Source of the DNA: Anthoceros angustus
Lineage: Eukaryota; Plantae; Anthocerotophyta
Assembly (NCBI GenBank): GCA_010909165.1
Contig: VJWM01000106.1
Coordinates: 620,001-684,000, forward strand
DNA length: 64,000 nucleotides
Reading direction: 5' to 3'
Shown here: positions 22,910-34,060 of the stretch, in pieces
How positions within the stretch are numbered: the stretch's first letter is position 1
How the letters are laid out: each line of letters begins with the position of its first letter
Notes under the pieces: generated by a model
What the model saw: the letters and a program-made list of their open reading frames with translations, nothing else
The model's database searches: none
Told to the model about the DNA's origin: nothing
Made by a program: the position numbers and the translations under genes

Positions 22910-23795
22910 CCCTTCAAGCTTCCTTTTTATCTCTTCGAGTGCTTCCATTTTCCTCTAGATATTTTGAGGCTCCTCTTATGGCATGGTGGTGGTTTTCGTC
23001 TCAGACGTTTTCGCCTTCGCCATTCTAATAATTAGTGGCTCTACATGTGGCTCATCCACTATGGTCTCTAAAGTAGGAGCCTTCTCTTTCTTCTGCCTTA
23101 TCCTCTTCGGTCGGCCTGCCTTATCCTCCCTTATCCTCTTCGGTCGCCCTTGCTCTTCAGGATTGGCCATCTCTAGCTAAGAGATGCTTCAACGTTGAGC
23201 TTTGATGCCACAAGTAACACCCACTTTCTAGCGAGGTGAGGCAGGCATGTAGTTAAAAGCAACAACACCATAAGACACCAGCACTAGGGATGACTCGCAG
23301 TCAGCACCTTCATTGCTGGTCTTTACTTTAGCAAGAGTCAACAAGAATACATGAGAGATCAGAGAGAGCTCTCCATCTTTGCCTAAGCTAGGCACATAAC
23401 TCTCTCCCCTCGATCTCCTCCTCACAACTCTCCTCTAGACACACTCGTGAACACTTTAGGCTCCCACAGCCTCTAGGCTCCCAAGACCTATCCTCAAAAA
23501 GAGTGTGACCCAAGTGCTAGGATCAATACTATGATAATCTCTGCAGAGCTTGCCTCATCCCTCTATATAGGGACGCCTAAAGTAACTTAACTGCCTAAAG
23601 CAAATTACCTTCCTTTATAAGCTCTAAACTAAAACCTCACTACCACTAGCCACATAACTTATTAGAAGAGATCTAGGGCTGTATGCCTCTCATGCATGGC
23701 TCCTTGCTGAATGAAAAATAAAAACTTATAATGAAAAATATTATTTAATTGAAATTTTATTTTTTAGTAAATAGAAGAAGAAGAAGTATATTACA
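22910..23795 (-). mobile_element. Truncated LTR retrotransposon: LTR 23213-23795, tRNA-iMet-type PBS 23199-23210, gag stub 23170-22910 ending at the telomere array
   Basis: Minus strand: TGTAAT... LTR start; TATA-like CCTATATAGAGGG at ~23561-23573; end GGGTGTTAC(T)-TG-TGGCATCAAAGC, close to the canonical GGGTGTTACA..TGGTATCAGAGC; ATG 29 nt later. Confidence 0.72.
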
Positions 23796-24044
23796 ATTAT
23801 CGAATAGCTTATCAAACAGAGCAGTGAGGTTAACATTGACTAGTGTATCCCGCCTACTACATTAGCGAGATGAGTGTATAAAAGATCACCCAGATTATGC
23901 CAAAGCCTCTCCTATATATGCTTTTGGGCTTCGGAGTAGGAGTGGGAGTAAGAGAGTCCCGAATTCCCTCCTGGTCGTGGTGAGGGCATAAAGTTTGTGG
24001 CGTGTTCAAAGTGGTAACGTTTGGTTTGCAGCAGTCGAGCGCAC

Positions 24045-25610
24045 ATGGCGGGGGATGAGGTGTATTCAGAGGGGGCGGTGGAGTGGTCTAGCGCGTTGGA
24101 CTGCACACAGCCGAGTGGAAACAAAATCTGGCCCGACGTCCCAAGAGACTCGTGTACTTGCTCCAGAGAGCTGTCGTTTTACCTATATGTCGTGCAGACG
24201 CCTGCAGCCGATCCGGAGGAGCCGGACATGGACCTGGATCCGGAATTGTGGAGCAGGTTACCTCGCGAGCTTGTGGAGTATATGCTGGCAGGCACCTCGG
24301 CCTCCGCGAGAGCCCGGTTCCTCTCGGTGAGCAAGGACTGGCGGGCTCTCAGGTCCAACGCTTGGTTTAAGAAGCAGGCGCGAGGAGCAGCAAGAGAGGG
24401 ACCCAAGTATGGCGTACATCAGGAGCCCGTATGCGCCGTGGAGTACATGTGTGACTGCATGGGTCGGGCTGATGGCAAGTCGGCGACGTCGATCGCCCGC
24501 CGGTGCAAGAGCATGGGACGCGGCCCGCCCACCAAGGTCTCCGTCGAGTTTCTGCCTCCCAAGTACCGCGACGCGTCAAGCGTTCGGTGGGCGGCCAAGA
24601 ACGGGCTCATCCTGATCCAGGCCATGCATGGCCGGGTGGGCCGCTCTGTTATCATTGGCATCTGCGTAGTGAACTTGTTCACCAAGGAGTGGGAGGAGGT
24701 CACTGTGGAGGATCCCCGGAATATTTGGTCTCACCGGGTCGACGTGCTGGATGTGGTGGAGTCTTCAACCCGCGGGAGCGGCCATTGGGACCTGGCTATC
24801 TTGAGCTTCCCCAATAATGATAACACGCGGCCCCTGGGTTTCTATTCCTCCGGATCCGCTGGCAACGTTGCAATTGGTGGTCCGTGGCTGATGAAACCTG
24901 TCTACGATCGTGCGGGTAGACATCGGGATTTGCCAGTCGACGTCAACCCCGGGTACGCAGTGTCCAACGGCACGCTAGTGGTAGGGAGCGGGAGCAGCGT
25001 CAGTGTCTACCGTTCAGGGGATCCGGATCCCGAGCCAGCTCAGGCTCAGGCTCAGGCTCAGGCTGGTGTACAGGTGCCGAGGACCATACTTGTAAATGTG
25101 GGGCCAGGTCCATGGAAGGGAGTTCGGCGAGACAAGATTTTCGGCCACGGCGGGGACTTCTACCTGTGCAGCTCTGAAGCGAGGATTTTGCGTTGGTCTC
25201 TGAGCAGCCCGGTGCATCCGGAGGGAACATATGGCCTCTCCATTCGGAAGCTAAACCAGGAGACGCTCATGTGGGAGCCTCAGGGACTTGCAGGTCATGG
25301 TGCGGGCGACAGGGTGGATGAGCAGGAAGCACAGGACCGAGTAAGCATGGCCCGCTTCGACAACAACGTGTATCATGAGTTTCGCTTTCTTGGGAGATCC
25401 TACACCCTGAATCACCGTCACAATGTGGTCATGGTAGCGGGAGGGCGCGTCTACGTCTCTGTTTATGGACCTTGTTACCAGCACGTGGTTTGTTACAACT
25501 TGGCGGACGGCGCGTGGAGCGATGTATTGAGGCATCTGGAACCCGATGCTTGGAACCGGAAGTCTTCTCCTCTGCAGCTTCTCAGTCCTCAGACCGGGTT
25601 CGATGTTTAA
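24045..25610 (+). CDS. F-box protein (intronless; likely kelch-like/beta-propeller C-terminus)
   Basis: N-terminal F-box motif LWSRLPRELVEYML...ARARFLSVSKDWRAL in a 521-codon ORF from the first ATG. Confidence 0.8.
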   Translation: MAGDEVYSEGAVEWSSALDCTQPSGNKIWPDVPRDSCTCSRELSFYLYVVQTPAADPEEPDMDLDPELWSRLPRELVEYMLAGTSASARARFLSVSKDWRALRSNAWFKKQARGAAREGPKYGVHQEPVCAVEYMCDCMGRADGKSATSIARRCKSMGRGPPTKVSVEFLPPKYRDASSVRWAAKNGLILIQAMHGRVGRSVIIGICVVNLFTKEWEEVTVEDPRNIWSHRVDVLDVVESSTRGSGHWDLAILSFPNNDNTRPLGFYSSGSAGNVAIGGPWLMKPVYDRAGRHRDLPVDVNPGYAVSNGTLVVGSGSSVSVYRSGDPDPEPAQAQAQAQAGVQVPRTILVNVGPGPWKGVRRDKIFGHGGDFYLCSSEARILRWSLSSPVHPEGTYGLSIRKLNQETLMWEPQGLAGHGAGDRVDEQEAQDRVSMARFDNNVYHEFRFLGRSYTLNHRHNVVMVAGGRVYVSVYGPCYQHVVCYNLADGAWSDVLRHLEPDAWNRKSSPLQLLSPQTGFDV

Positions 25611-25991
25611 TCGAGAGCTAATGTTAGACTCAAAGGTGTAGGGTGTTTCATGTGTAGTACTCAAAGCCGCCAGGAATTGGGGTGCACATACACATGCCAT
25701 GAGAACTCCACAGTTAAGCGCCCCGCACGGCGGATCAACGCTGGGATGGGGAACCATTCAGCCCGGTTGGGTAAATATGAGATGTCTTAGATTAGAGTCG
25801 CAATCGCCCCAGTTCACCTGGGCGCGCTGGCCTCCCTCGTGTGTGGTCTCGGCGCGAGATTACCCCTACTGTATCTCCCTCGTATCGGGCGGTGTATAGT
25901 GCAGGCCTACTGAAGGGACTCTCCATGAAAGCCAAGGATCCTGTAGATGACGTATGCCCCGAAAGGAGGAGCAATCCCGAGTACTAGCTAG

Positions 25992-26400
25992 TCAAATTGA
26001 AGGAACGATGTCTACCCGATGTCTAGATCTCTGCAGTGAGGTTTCAGCTTCCTTCGGGCTCACCTCCAATATCTTATCGGCACTCTTCAGGGCCGCCTTG
26101 TAATTTCTGAAGCTCAAACATGCCTCAACTTTGCTACCATACACGGTGATAAGTTTGCGTTTCATTTCGGGTGCATGATCGGTCCGCGGGATCCTCTCGA
26201 GGACTTGGGCACTTAGGGTGTAGAAAGTAGCTGCCCGAGTCCAGTCTAGGAAATTGAATGTTTCCTTCAACACAGTTTCTCCCCGCAAGAAACCATAAGC
26301 AGATGCCATCTGGATGTAGATCCTTCACTTTCTGGTGGCCTTAAAAATCCCGGCTGCACTCTCAAGTAAAATCCTCTCGTGGATTGGCACTATGTCTGCA
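25992..26400 (-). pseudogene. Possible TPR-like protein fragment or pseudogene
   Basis: Helical ORF ending YKAALKSADKILEVSPKEAE. The frame stays open upstream past a single TGA to an AG acceptor near 26398. Confidence 0.3.
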
Positions 26401-26954
26401 AGGTTAGCAACCCTCCAGCTTTTCGAATTTAGGTTCTGTAATCGCCACTTCCATACCCTCCGGATACCTGATCCAGACATCCAACTCGCTTGCCTCATAG
26501 TTCAGTGATGTGTTGGAGGAATACCAAAAGAAGGACTTCACAAATTAAACCAAATAGATTGGGGTTAAAACTGATCAGTACTTTGGCCTTGTGCTTTACC
26601 TATCATCTGGTCAAGGATGGTTTGGAATTGTGCTTCCCATCATGTGCATGACTGTCCTCCGAATCCGGGTGCAGGGGTTCTTCCGATGTCAGACTCTTCA
26701 GGTGTCTACCGTGAACTGAAGGGGAACTGCCATGACTCTTCAGGTGTCTCCCATAACATGACCCGCCGTCTGCTTGAGCAAGATGCTCTTCATTTGGTGT
26801 ACAAAGTATTTGCCAAGCAGCATATTGCAAATGACACACCAGGGAATTCACCTCGGGCACAACCAGCAACTAGGGTTACTCTGCCAGCATTTTCAGACCA
26901 AGGAGCTGTGACTGATGAGAACACACATTCAGGCCCGGGATGGGATGCTTCTTA

Positions 26955-29762
26955 TTATCCAACAACAAAACTGTGCACCTGTCCGCCCATGTCTGTCCAC
27001 CAGCTTTGGCCTGGCTGTTTCCAGGCCCCGGTCCTGCTTCTTCTAGCCTGCATCTCGCGTGCCTGCTCCCACATCTCGGCACCCAAGTATATGTTCGACA
27101 TCAACACATAGGCTGCAGCATCCTTCTTGTCTAGCTTCACTGCTTCATGGAAAGCGAAGCGTCCCACCTCCACGTTGCTCCACTTTTGGCAGGCACCCAA
27201 GAGAGTGTGCCAAATCGCAGCATTTGGCAGCACAGGCATTGTTGTTACCAAACCCAGTGCCTTGTCCAATTGTCCTGCACGACCCAGCAGACCCACCATG
27301 CATGTGTAGTGATCCACCGTGGGAGTGATGCCATACTGTCGGCTCATGGACTCGAAGTACTCTCGCCCCTTGTTCACTAGCCCTGTGTGACTGCATACTG
27401 TTAGTACGCTAAGGAATGTGACGTCATCTGGATGTATGCCGTCCTCTCGCATTCTGAGAACCGAGTCAAAAGCCTTTTCACTGTCTCCTTGACGGATGTA
27501 TCCTGCGATCAGGGCATTCCACATGACAATGTCTCTCTCACGGAGTGCCTCAAACACCTGCTTTGCATCTTCCATACTGCCACACTTTCCGTACATGTTA
27601 ATAAGACTGCGGGCTACAAGTGCATCAGCTTCAAGTTGTTGTTCCTTGATCTGCGCATGAATCTGTCTTCCAATATGCAGAGCTGCTACACTTGAGCAAG
27701 CGTGAAGTAGGCACACAAATATCCCGGCATTAGGTGCAACTAGTTCTTCTTCTTGCATGGCCCTGTAAAGACGAAGGGCACCCTGTCCCATGCCCTGTTG
27801 GGAGTATCCTGCTATCATGGCACTCCATGTGACCAAATCCTTTTGAGGAAGCTTATCGAACACTCTTTCAGCATCTTCCAGACTGCCACATTTGGCATAC
27901 ATGTTCACCAAGCTGCTGCCTACAAACACATGAGCCTGCAGTCCTTGTTCTCTGATGTGCGCATGAAGTTGCCTTCCCTCCTCCAAAGCAGCAGTGCCTA
28001 CACTCGCACATGCCTGCAGGAGGGACACAAATGTCATTGAATTGGGTGCAGCCAGACCTTCCTGCTGCATAGCAGTAAAAAGATGCAGGGCTTCCAGCCC
28101 CATGCCTTGCTGGGAATACCCTGCTATCATGGCATTCCACGTCACCACATCTTTGCGGGGAAGTCTGTCAAATACATCCTGAGCATCCTCTATGCTGCCG
28201 CACTTTGCAAGCATGTTTACTAAGCTGTTGGCTACAAACAAATCTGTCTGAAGCCCTTGTTGTCTAATTTGCGAATAAAGCAACTTCCCATTCTCCAAAG
28301 CCGAGGTGCCTGCACTTGCACACGCCTGAAGGAGGCACACAAATGTCACAGAATTTGGTGTAGCCATGCATCCTTCTTGCATAGCTTTATACAGACGAAG
28401 GGCTTCCTGCCCCATGCCCTGCTGGGAATATCCTGCTATCATGGCACTCCACGTCACCACGTTCTTTTGACTAAGCCCGTTGAACAGGTCCCTAGCGTCC
28501 TCTAGGCTCCCACATTTTGCATACATGTCTACCAAGCTGCTAGCGACAAACTCATCAACTTCAAGCCCTTGTTCTTTGATTTGGGCATGAAGCTGCTTCC
28601 CCATTTCCAAGGCAGCATTGCCAACACTAGCACATGCCTGTAAAAGGCACACAAATGTCACAGAGTCTGGAGCAACAATTCCTTCGTTTCGCATAGCCCT
28701 GTAAAGATCAAAGGCCTCCTGCCCCATGCCCTGCAGGGAATACCCTCCTATCATGGCATTCCACGTCAGAACATTCTTTTTAACAAGTCCATCAAACACA
28801 ACCTTGGCATCCTCCAGGCTGCCACACTTGGCGTACATGTTTACCAGGCTCCCGGCCACAACCACATCAGCCTGATGTCCTCGCTTTCTGATCTGTGCAT
28901 GGAGCTGTTTCCCCGTCTCCAAAGCCATGGTGCCCAAACCTGCACATGCCTGGAGGAGGGACACAAAAGTCACAGAGTTGGGTGCAGTCATGCCTTCCTG
29001 TTGCATAGAACTGTAAAGGCGAAGAGATTCCTCGCCAATGCCCTTCTGAGAATATCCTGCTATAATGGCATTCCAAGTCACGACATCTTTCTGAGGAATC
29101 CCGTCAAACACTCTCCGAGCATCTTCCAAGCTGCCACACTTGGCATACATGTCCACCAAGCAACTACATACAAACAAATCAGGCTCAACGCCACTAGTCA
29201 ACACATCAGCATGGACCTTCTGCCCAGATTTCAAGTCTGCTCCCCTCCCACAAGCCTGAAGCGCTGCCACAAACACATGCCCATTTGGCTTCACAGTTGA
29301 GCGACGCATCTGATGATACAGTTGTATAGCCTGCTTAGCTTGTCCTTGTTTAACATGCGCAGAGATTATGGCGCACCACGTGATGGCATCTGGATTGGGA
29401 ACCATTTTGAACACATCCGTAGCTTCCTGCAACCTGGCATGGGAAGCATACATTCGAAGGATGTGATTGCACAAAAACGTGTCCGACTCATACCCCTTCC
29501 TCACGGTGAGAGCATGAACACGGCGACCAAGAGGCAGATCCTTATGAGTCACACATACGTTTAGGACCATATAACAGCAATCTTTGGACACGTTACGGTC
29601 ATTGTGAACCAGAATTCCAAGAGCCTCGACTGCTTCACTGAGCAGCCCAGTGCTGCATAGTTTGCTCACGATTTGCGCAGTTACGGTACTTTGGCATCCT
29701 GCAAGCCCACCATGATCCGCCACACTCGAGTTGGATGCAGGGACACAGGGACCCATCTGCAT
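26955..29762 (-). CDS. PLS-class pentatricopeptide repeat protein (about 23 P/L/S motifs + E1/E2 + WW-type PG box, no DYW); organellar RNA-editing factor
   Basis: Repeated VVTWNAMIAGY / SVTFVxLLQAC / SLVxMYAKCGSLEDA triplets. C-terminus WKQPGQSWWTDMGGQVHSFVVG. Confidence 0.96.
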   Translation of the reverse strand: MQMGPCVPASNSSVADHGGLAGCQSTVTAQIVSKLCSTGLLSEAVEALGILVHNDRNVSKDCCYMVLNVCVTHKDLPLGRRVHALTVRKGYESDTFLCNHILRMYASHARLQEATDVFKMVPNPDAITWCAIISAHVKQGQAKQAIQLYHQMRRSTVKPNGHVFVAALQACGRGADLKSGQKVHADVLTSGVEPDLFVCSCLVDMYAKCGSLEDARRVFDGIPQKDVVTWNAIIAGYSQKGIGEESLRLYSSMQQEGMTAPNSVTFVSLLQACAGLGTMALETGKQLHAQIRKRGHQADVVVAGSLVNMYAKCGSLEDAKVVFDGLVKKNVLTWNAMIGGYSLQGMGQEAFDLYRAMRNEGIVAPDSVTFVCLLQACASVGNAALEMGKQLHAQIKEQGLEVDEFVASSLVDMYAKCGSLEDARDLFNGLSQKNVVTWSAMIAGYSQQGMGQEALRLYKAMQEGCMATPNSVTFVCLLQACASAGTSALENGKLLYSQIRQQGLQTDLFVANSLVNMLAKCGSIEDAQDVFDRLPRKDVVTWNAMIAGYSQQGMGLEALHLFTAMQQEGLAAPNSMTFVSLLQACASVGTAALEEGRQLHAHIREQGLQAHVFVGSSLVNMYAKCGSLEDAERVFDKLPQKDLVTWSAMIAGYSQQGMGQGALRLYRAMQEEELVAPNAGIFVCLLHACSSVAALHIGRQIHAQIKEQQLEADALVARSLINMYGKCGSMEDAKQVFEALRERDIVMWNALIAGYIRQGDSEKAFDSVLRMREDGIHPDDVTFLSVLTVCSHTGLVNKGREYFESMSRQYGITPTVDHYTCMVGLLGRAGQLDKALGLVTTMPVLPNAAIWHTLLGACQKWSNVEVGRFAFHEAVKLDKKDAAAYVLMSNIYLGAEMWEQAREMQARRSRTGAWKQPGQSWWTDMGGQVHSFVVG

Positions 29763-30316
29763 ATCCCTGTGCCAGAAGCGTTTCTTGTCATACCACCAAA
29801 TGTGCGGTCCAGATAGAAATGTTGCGAGAAACGCTCCCGGCCACCATCCCTCCTGGAAGATGCATTAACAGCTGCACAACCTCGTGCACTGCCTGCCTTT
29901 CTTGCAAATGTGCGGCGCTTCACGGCTTCGTTGTTTGTGAACGATTCAGTCCTTGAATTCAACTCAGCCATGCCTGTCTGGAGCCAGAAGGCGGCTGGAC
30001 CTTTGGAACGCTATAGATGCAAAGGACACCACCCCTCCGCTGAGCACTGCGGGAAAACAAGCGGGAAATGTAACAACTTCGCCACAAGCATACAAACGCA
30101 TGTTGCCCCCATGTTTTCCCCATATTTGCCCCAGTGCCCAGCAAAGGGGTGAGCATAAAAGGATGTTCACATAGCAGTACAGGTTAACAAAAGTCCTTTC
30201 CTGCGCCAGGCTACTGTCCTCGCTGCAGGAGTCTGGAATTGGTATTTAAACACCAGCGACCCACACACTTTGCACGCGTGCATGCGCCTGGGAGCCATGT
30301 AGAGGATGCAGTTTTG

Positions 30317-32127
30317 ATGTGGGCGATTCCTCCCACCCCCATTCCTATCGGCAAGAGCCTGATGGGAGCTGAGGAGTACGCAGTTCTAGGCCATTACTGC
30401 CTGACCAAATGGACTTCCGTAGGGCTGTGCGCAAGCTTGGCAATCCTGTTCGTGCTGCTTCTGTACCTAATGCCAGTCATCCTCAATTTGCCGCCTCCGC
30501 GTCGTGTGGAGGAACACTTGCTGCGGCGGTTTGCATGTGCGCTACTTGCATCTCTGCTTTCTGCTCTGGTTTGCGGGTCTTTCCTTCAGGTAAGATTGCA
30601 TTGCACCTGGAGGGCTTGGTATGAGGTTTGCTTGTTGCTGCTGGGAGCTGAAGCTGTTTACGATCTTGTACCTGGCTGTTTCCGCTCTTGTTGTTGTGCA
30701 GTGGGAAGGGAATTGGAGGACAGACCTGGTCACGAAGCTGGGGGCTTTCGGATTGCGGCTTGACAATTTGGTGAGAAGGATGGGTGTTGCTTTGTAGTGT
30801 AGCGTTGGTTTTCTGACCTAAAGGACAGGGCTGTAGGTTCTCTGCAACCTTATTGATGTCATACTGTTGGTCCCAGATGATACACTTTCGCGCCTAATGC
30901 GAGGCCCTTCATGTCATGAAATAGGGGCAGGCAGTAATTTTTCCTCTCCTTCTGACCATCATCCTGTACCTGGGCCCGCTAGTGATGACCGTCCTTGATG
31001 AACGTTGTGAGGTTTATCCAGCAGAGTCTTTCAGGGGCCCCCTTGCATGGCTAGGAAGAACTTGCTCAAACCTCCTTATTGGGCTGAGGTACAGCGTGAC
31101 AGATGTGACATGGTGGCGAAATTATGTGGTGGTAGTTACTTTGGCCCATTGCTGTTGTACATGGCGTATGTTGCTCTCAGTTTAGATTTGTAGTAAACTT
31201 TGTTGGTACGTTTGTAGGCACCACTTTCGGAGGAGTTTGTGTTCCGAGCGTGCATGATCCCGCTCTTGTTGTGTGGGGGCTTTTCCACTCTCGTGATCAT
31301 TTTCCTGTGCCCTCTTTTCTTCAGCTCAGGTGAAACTCTCGCTGTCTGTTGCATACACTAGTTCCTTACATTTGCAGAGAGGATGACGAGGACTCCTTGT
31401 TATGCTCCATTGCTGCAGCTCATTTGCATCATTTTGGAGAGCTAGTGTATAAACAGAGATACGCGAAAGGAGATGCGGCACTCATAACTGGTGGGTCTCC
31501 GTTTGTAGAAGTTCAGGTCAATTCCAGTAATCTAGCCTGCTGTAGGCGACCCATAACAGGTTAATTCAGGAAAAGGATCAGTCAGAAGTGATGTCGTCCT
31601 CAGTTGGTGGACCTTAACCTCTGTGATCCTGTCTGCAGCCGTTCAGTTTGTTTACACCAATGTCTTTGGCTGGTATGCCACGTTCTGGTACTTGAGAACA
31701 GGTGACTACGATTGTTTCCATCTTCTCTTCCCAGCTTCTTCAGTCATACCAAGGCTTATTTGCAAGAAATCCCTATTAACTGGTGTGCTTTGCAGGGCAT
31801 CTCCTTGCACCGGTGGTGGCACACGTATTTTGCAATTTCATGGGTGTACCAGACCTGGCGGGTGGTCTGTGCTCAAAAAACAAGGGTAGGTCCCGGCCTC
31901 CTGACCTTACCCATCTGAATCTGTGACAGGGTGTCTACATTCTAAATTCCGGATTGCTCCTCCTTTTTTGTTCTGCAGTGGTCCCTCTTTCCTTTGTAGC
32001 AGGCTTAGGTTGCTTTGCGCTACTGCTTGGTCCCGCCTCTGCACCAACTTTGTACAACGAAGCAGTGCAGGAATGCCGTTGTTGGCTTGGTTATTGTAGG
32101 TACCTGAAGGAACATTCTATTCCATGA
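30317..32127 (+). CDS. RCE1: CAAX prenyl protease 2 (RCE1/FACE2), multi-exon
   Basis: Exon motifs [41 protein letters not shown], [10 protein letters not shown] and C-terminal LYN...CRCWLGYC. Start codon uncertain (30317 or 30362). Confidence 0.9.
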
Positions 32128-32449
32128 ACTAGTTCGTGTACACGTTGCCTTTATTTATAATAACCGAAGTTCTAGTCGCATGGACGAAGAGCGGAGAAAG
32201 TTGCGGCAGATTTTGTCGCTAGAGGCAGAAAATTGCCGTGCGTTTATGTCGACGAATACACGACATGTTTGCACATTCTGCAACCTCTCAGCTACAGATT
32301 CCTCGCGACAAAATATTAAGCGGAGTATAATTTTTTTCTCCACATGCGACACCTCTTCTATTCCTGTTGTACACAAAAGCAGTGGACAAAGATCCTCAAG
32401 GATGTTGAAGAAAAAATGGCTTTACATACAATCGTCACAAGGTAACCGT

Positions 32450-33522
32450 CTACGACCACCAGGGCTCTTCGCCTGTCCTGAAGTCGGTTTCAACCCAGGG
32501 TGACAGAACCACCTTATCGTCGACGATGTCACAGTGAGCCAGCGCCAGCGACTGCAAACAGGGACGAGAAAAAGTTCAAGGTCATGAGCCTAGGATTCGG
32601 CAAAGCAAGAACTATAGGTGTGGACAAGGGCCTCCTCTTCTTACCAGGGGAGCAGGTCCTCGGACAACCTTGCCCTGGTTGTTGTACTGCGACCCGTGGC
32701 AAGGGCAGATGAACTTCTTCTCTGCTACATTGTATGGCACAACGCATCCCAAGTGAGTGCAAACGGCGTTCACACCGAAGGTGGCGAGAGTACCGTCGTT
32801 CTCGACCACCAAATAGGTCGGGTCACCCTGGCAAGCAGAAGCGGCGGCACCGAATTACGCCCGGTCGCGATGTGTTACAAAGTAACGTCCATGACACGAA
32901 GCTGGAAACGACCTCCCGCTCACCTTCAAACCTTGACTGAGAGTCCTGTCACCAGGACCGTGCGTGCTCAACCACGCGGCTGCGGTGATGTCGTTGCCGA
33001 GAGCATCCTTGGCGACCAACCCGGCGCCACCGCCACCCGAGCTGAGATAGAAAACACACAAGCGTCCAGTCCTTCAAACTCCGTCCTTACATGCTCGAGG
33101 ACCGAATTGCAGCAAATGCAGGAGAGACCTCACTCACCTCGGGGGCACAAGGAAGTAGAGGAAGGGACCGAGGAGTCCGGCGCCGGGAAGCGACACGGCA
33201 CCGAGCAAGAGCAAGTTCATCAGGTTCCGCTTCCCCATGTCCGGCACCCGGGCAGGGACTGCAGAGCAGACGATCCTCGACCCTTGCTTACTCTTAAATG
33301 AGGAGTTTTTCAGGGGAGCGAAGGCCAGTGCTTGAGTGGAGGCGGACACTCCATTGCTTGAAGATGCTACCTGGACAAAGGACACAAACGGGCAAAGCGT
33401 CATCAATTCCAAACGCCAGTTCAAACCACACGCTCACTCCTCCATGGCATGAGTTCCGTTTGCACCTTGAGCGCAGCTGGAGAGGCCGCAACTCCCGCCA
33501 CAGCGCTGGAAACGGCGGCCAT
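32450..33522 (-). CDS. petC: Cytochrome b6f Rieske iron-sulfur subunit, chloroplast precursor (5 exons)
   Basis: Transit peptide, [24 protein letters not shown] and CPCHGSQY Rieske motifs, ending [13 protein letters not shown]. Confidence 0.97.
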
Positions 33523-34060
33523 GGCTAGGTGTTGCGATTGCTCCTTGCTTCTACGTATGGCTTCGCTATGCAACTGCGAGGAATGCAGCTAGCGGGGCAG
33601 CGGCAGATGGGAATGATTTGACAGGCCCGGACGCGAGCGCGTGGAGGGAAAGAGGAGAAGCATGAGGACCACAGGCCTGGAGCGAGCGCTATCCCTCATC
33701 CTCCCCGACACCGTCCGATGAGGACTCATCCACGGTCGTAGTCGCGCACCGGCGTGTGCTTTTCTATTTTCTAAAATCCACATTGGTCGCACACATACTT
33801 AAGTTTCCAATAGGTGAGTAAACACGGGACTCCAGGCGGTAGCTTTCTACAGTACATACAGTATATAGAGCGGTAAGGTATCTTCGTCCAGGCCTTTACA
33901 GCATACATACATGTGAAATCGGCAACCTGAAAGGTCCCAGCGCAACCATTACCAGTTTTAGTACGTATAGGTAGTAGCCCTCTAGATTAGATACTTTGAC
34001 AAGGAAGATACAGAGCTTGAATTCCCGGACTTGTCAACTCTTTTTTGTGGCATTTGGGTA

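Noticed and set aside
32725-32760. Rieske motif [11 protein letters not shown] instead of the common PWN
   Set aside because: This aromatic position varies among plants (W/F), and the ligand residues are intact.
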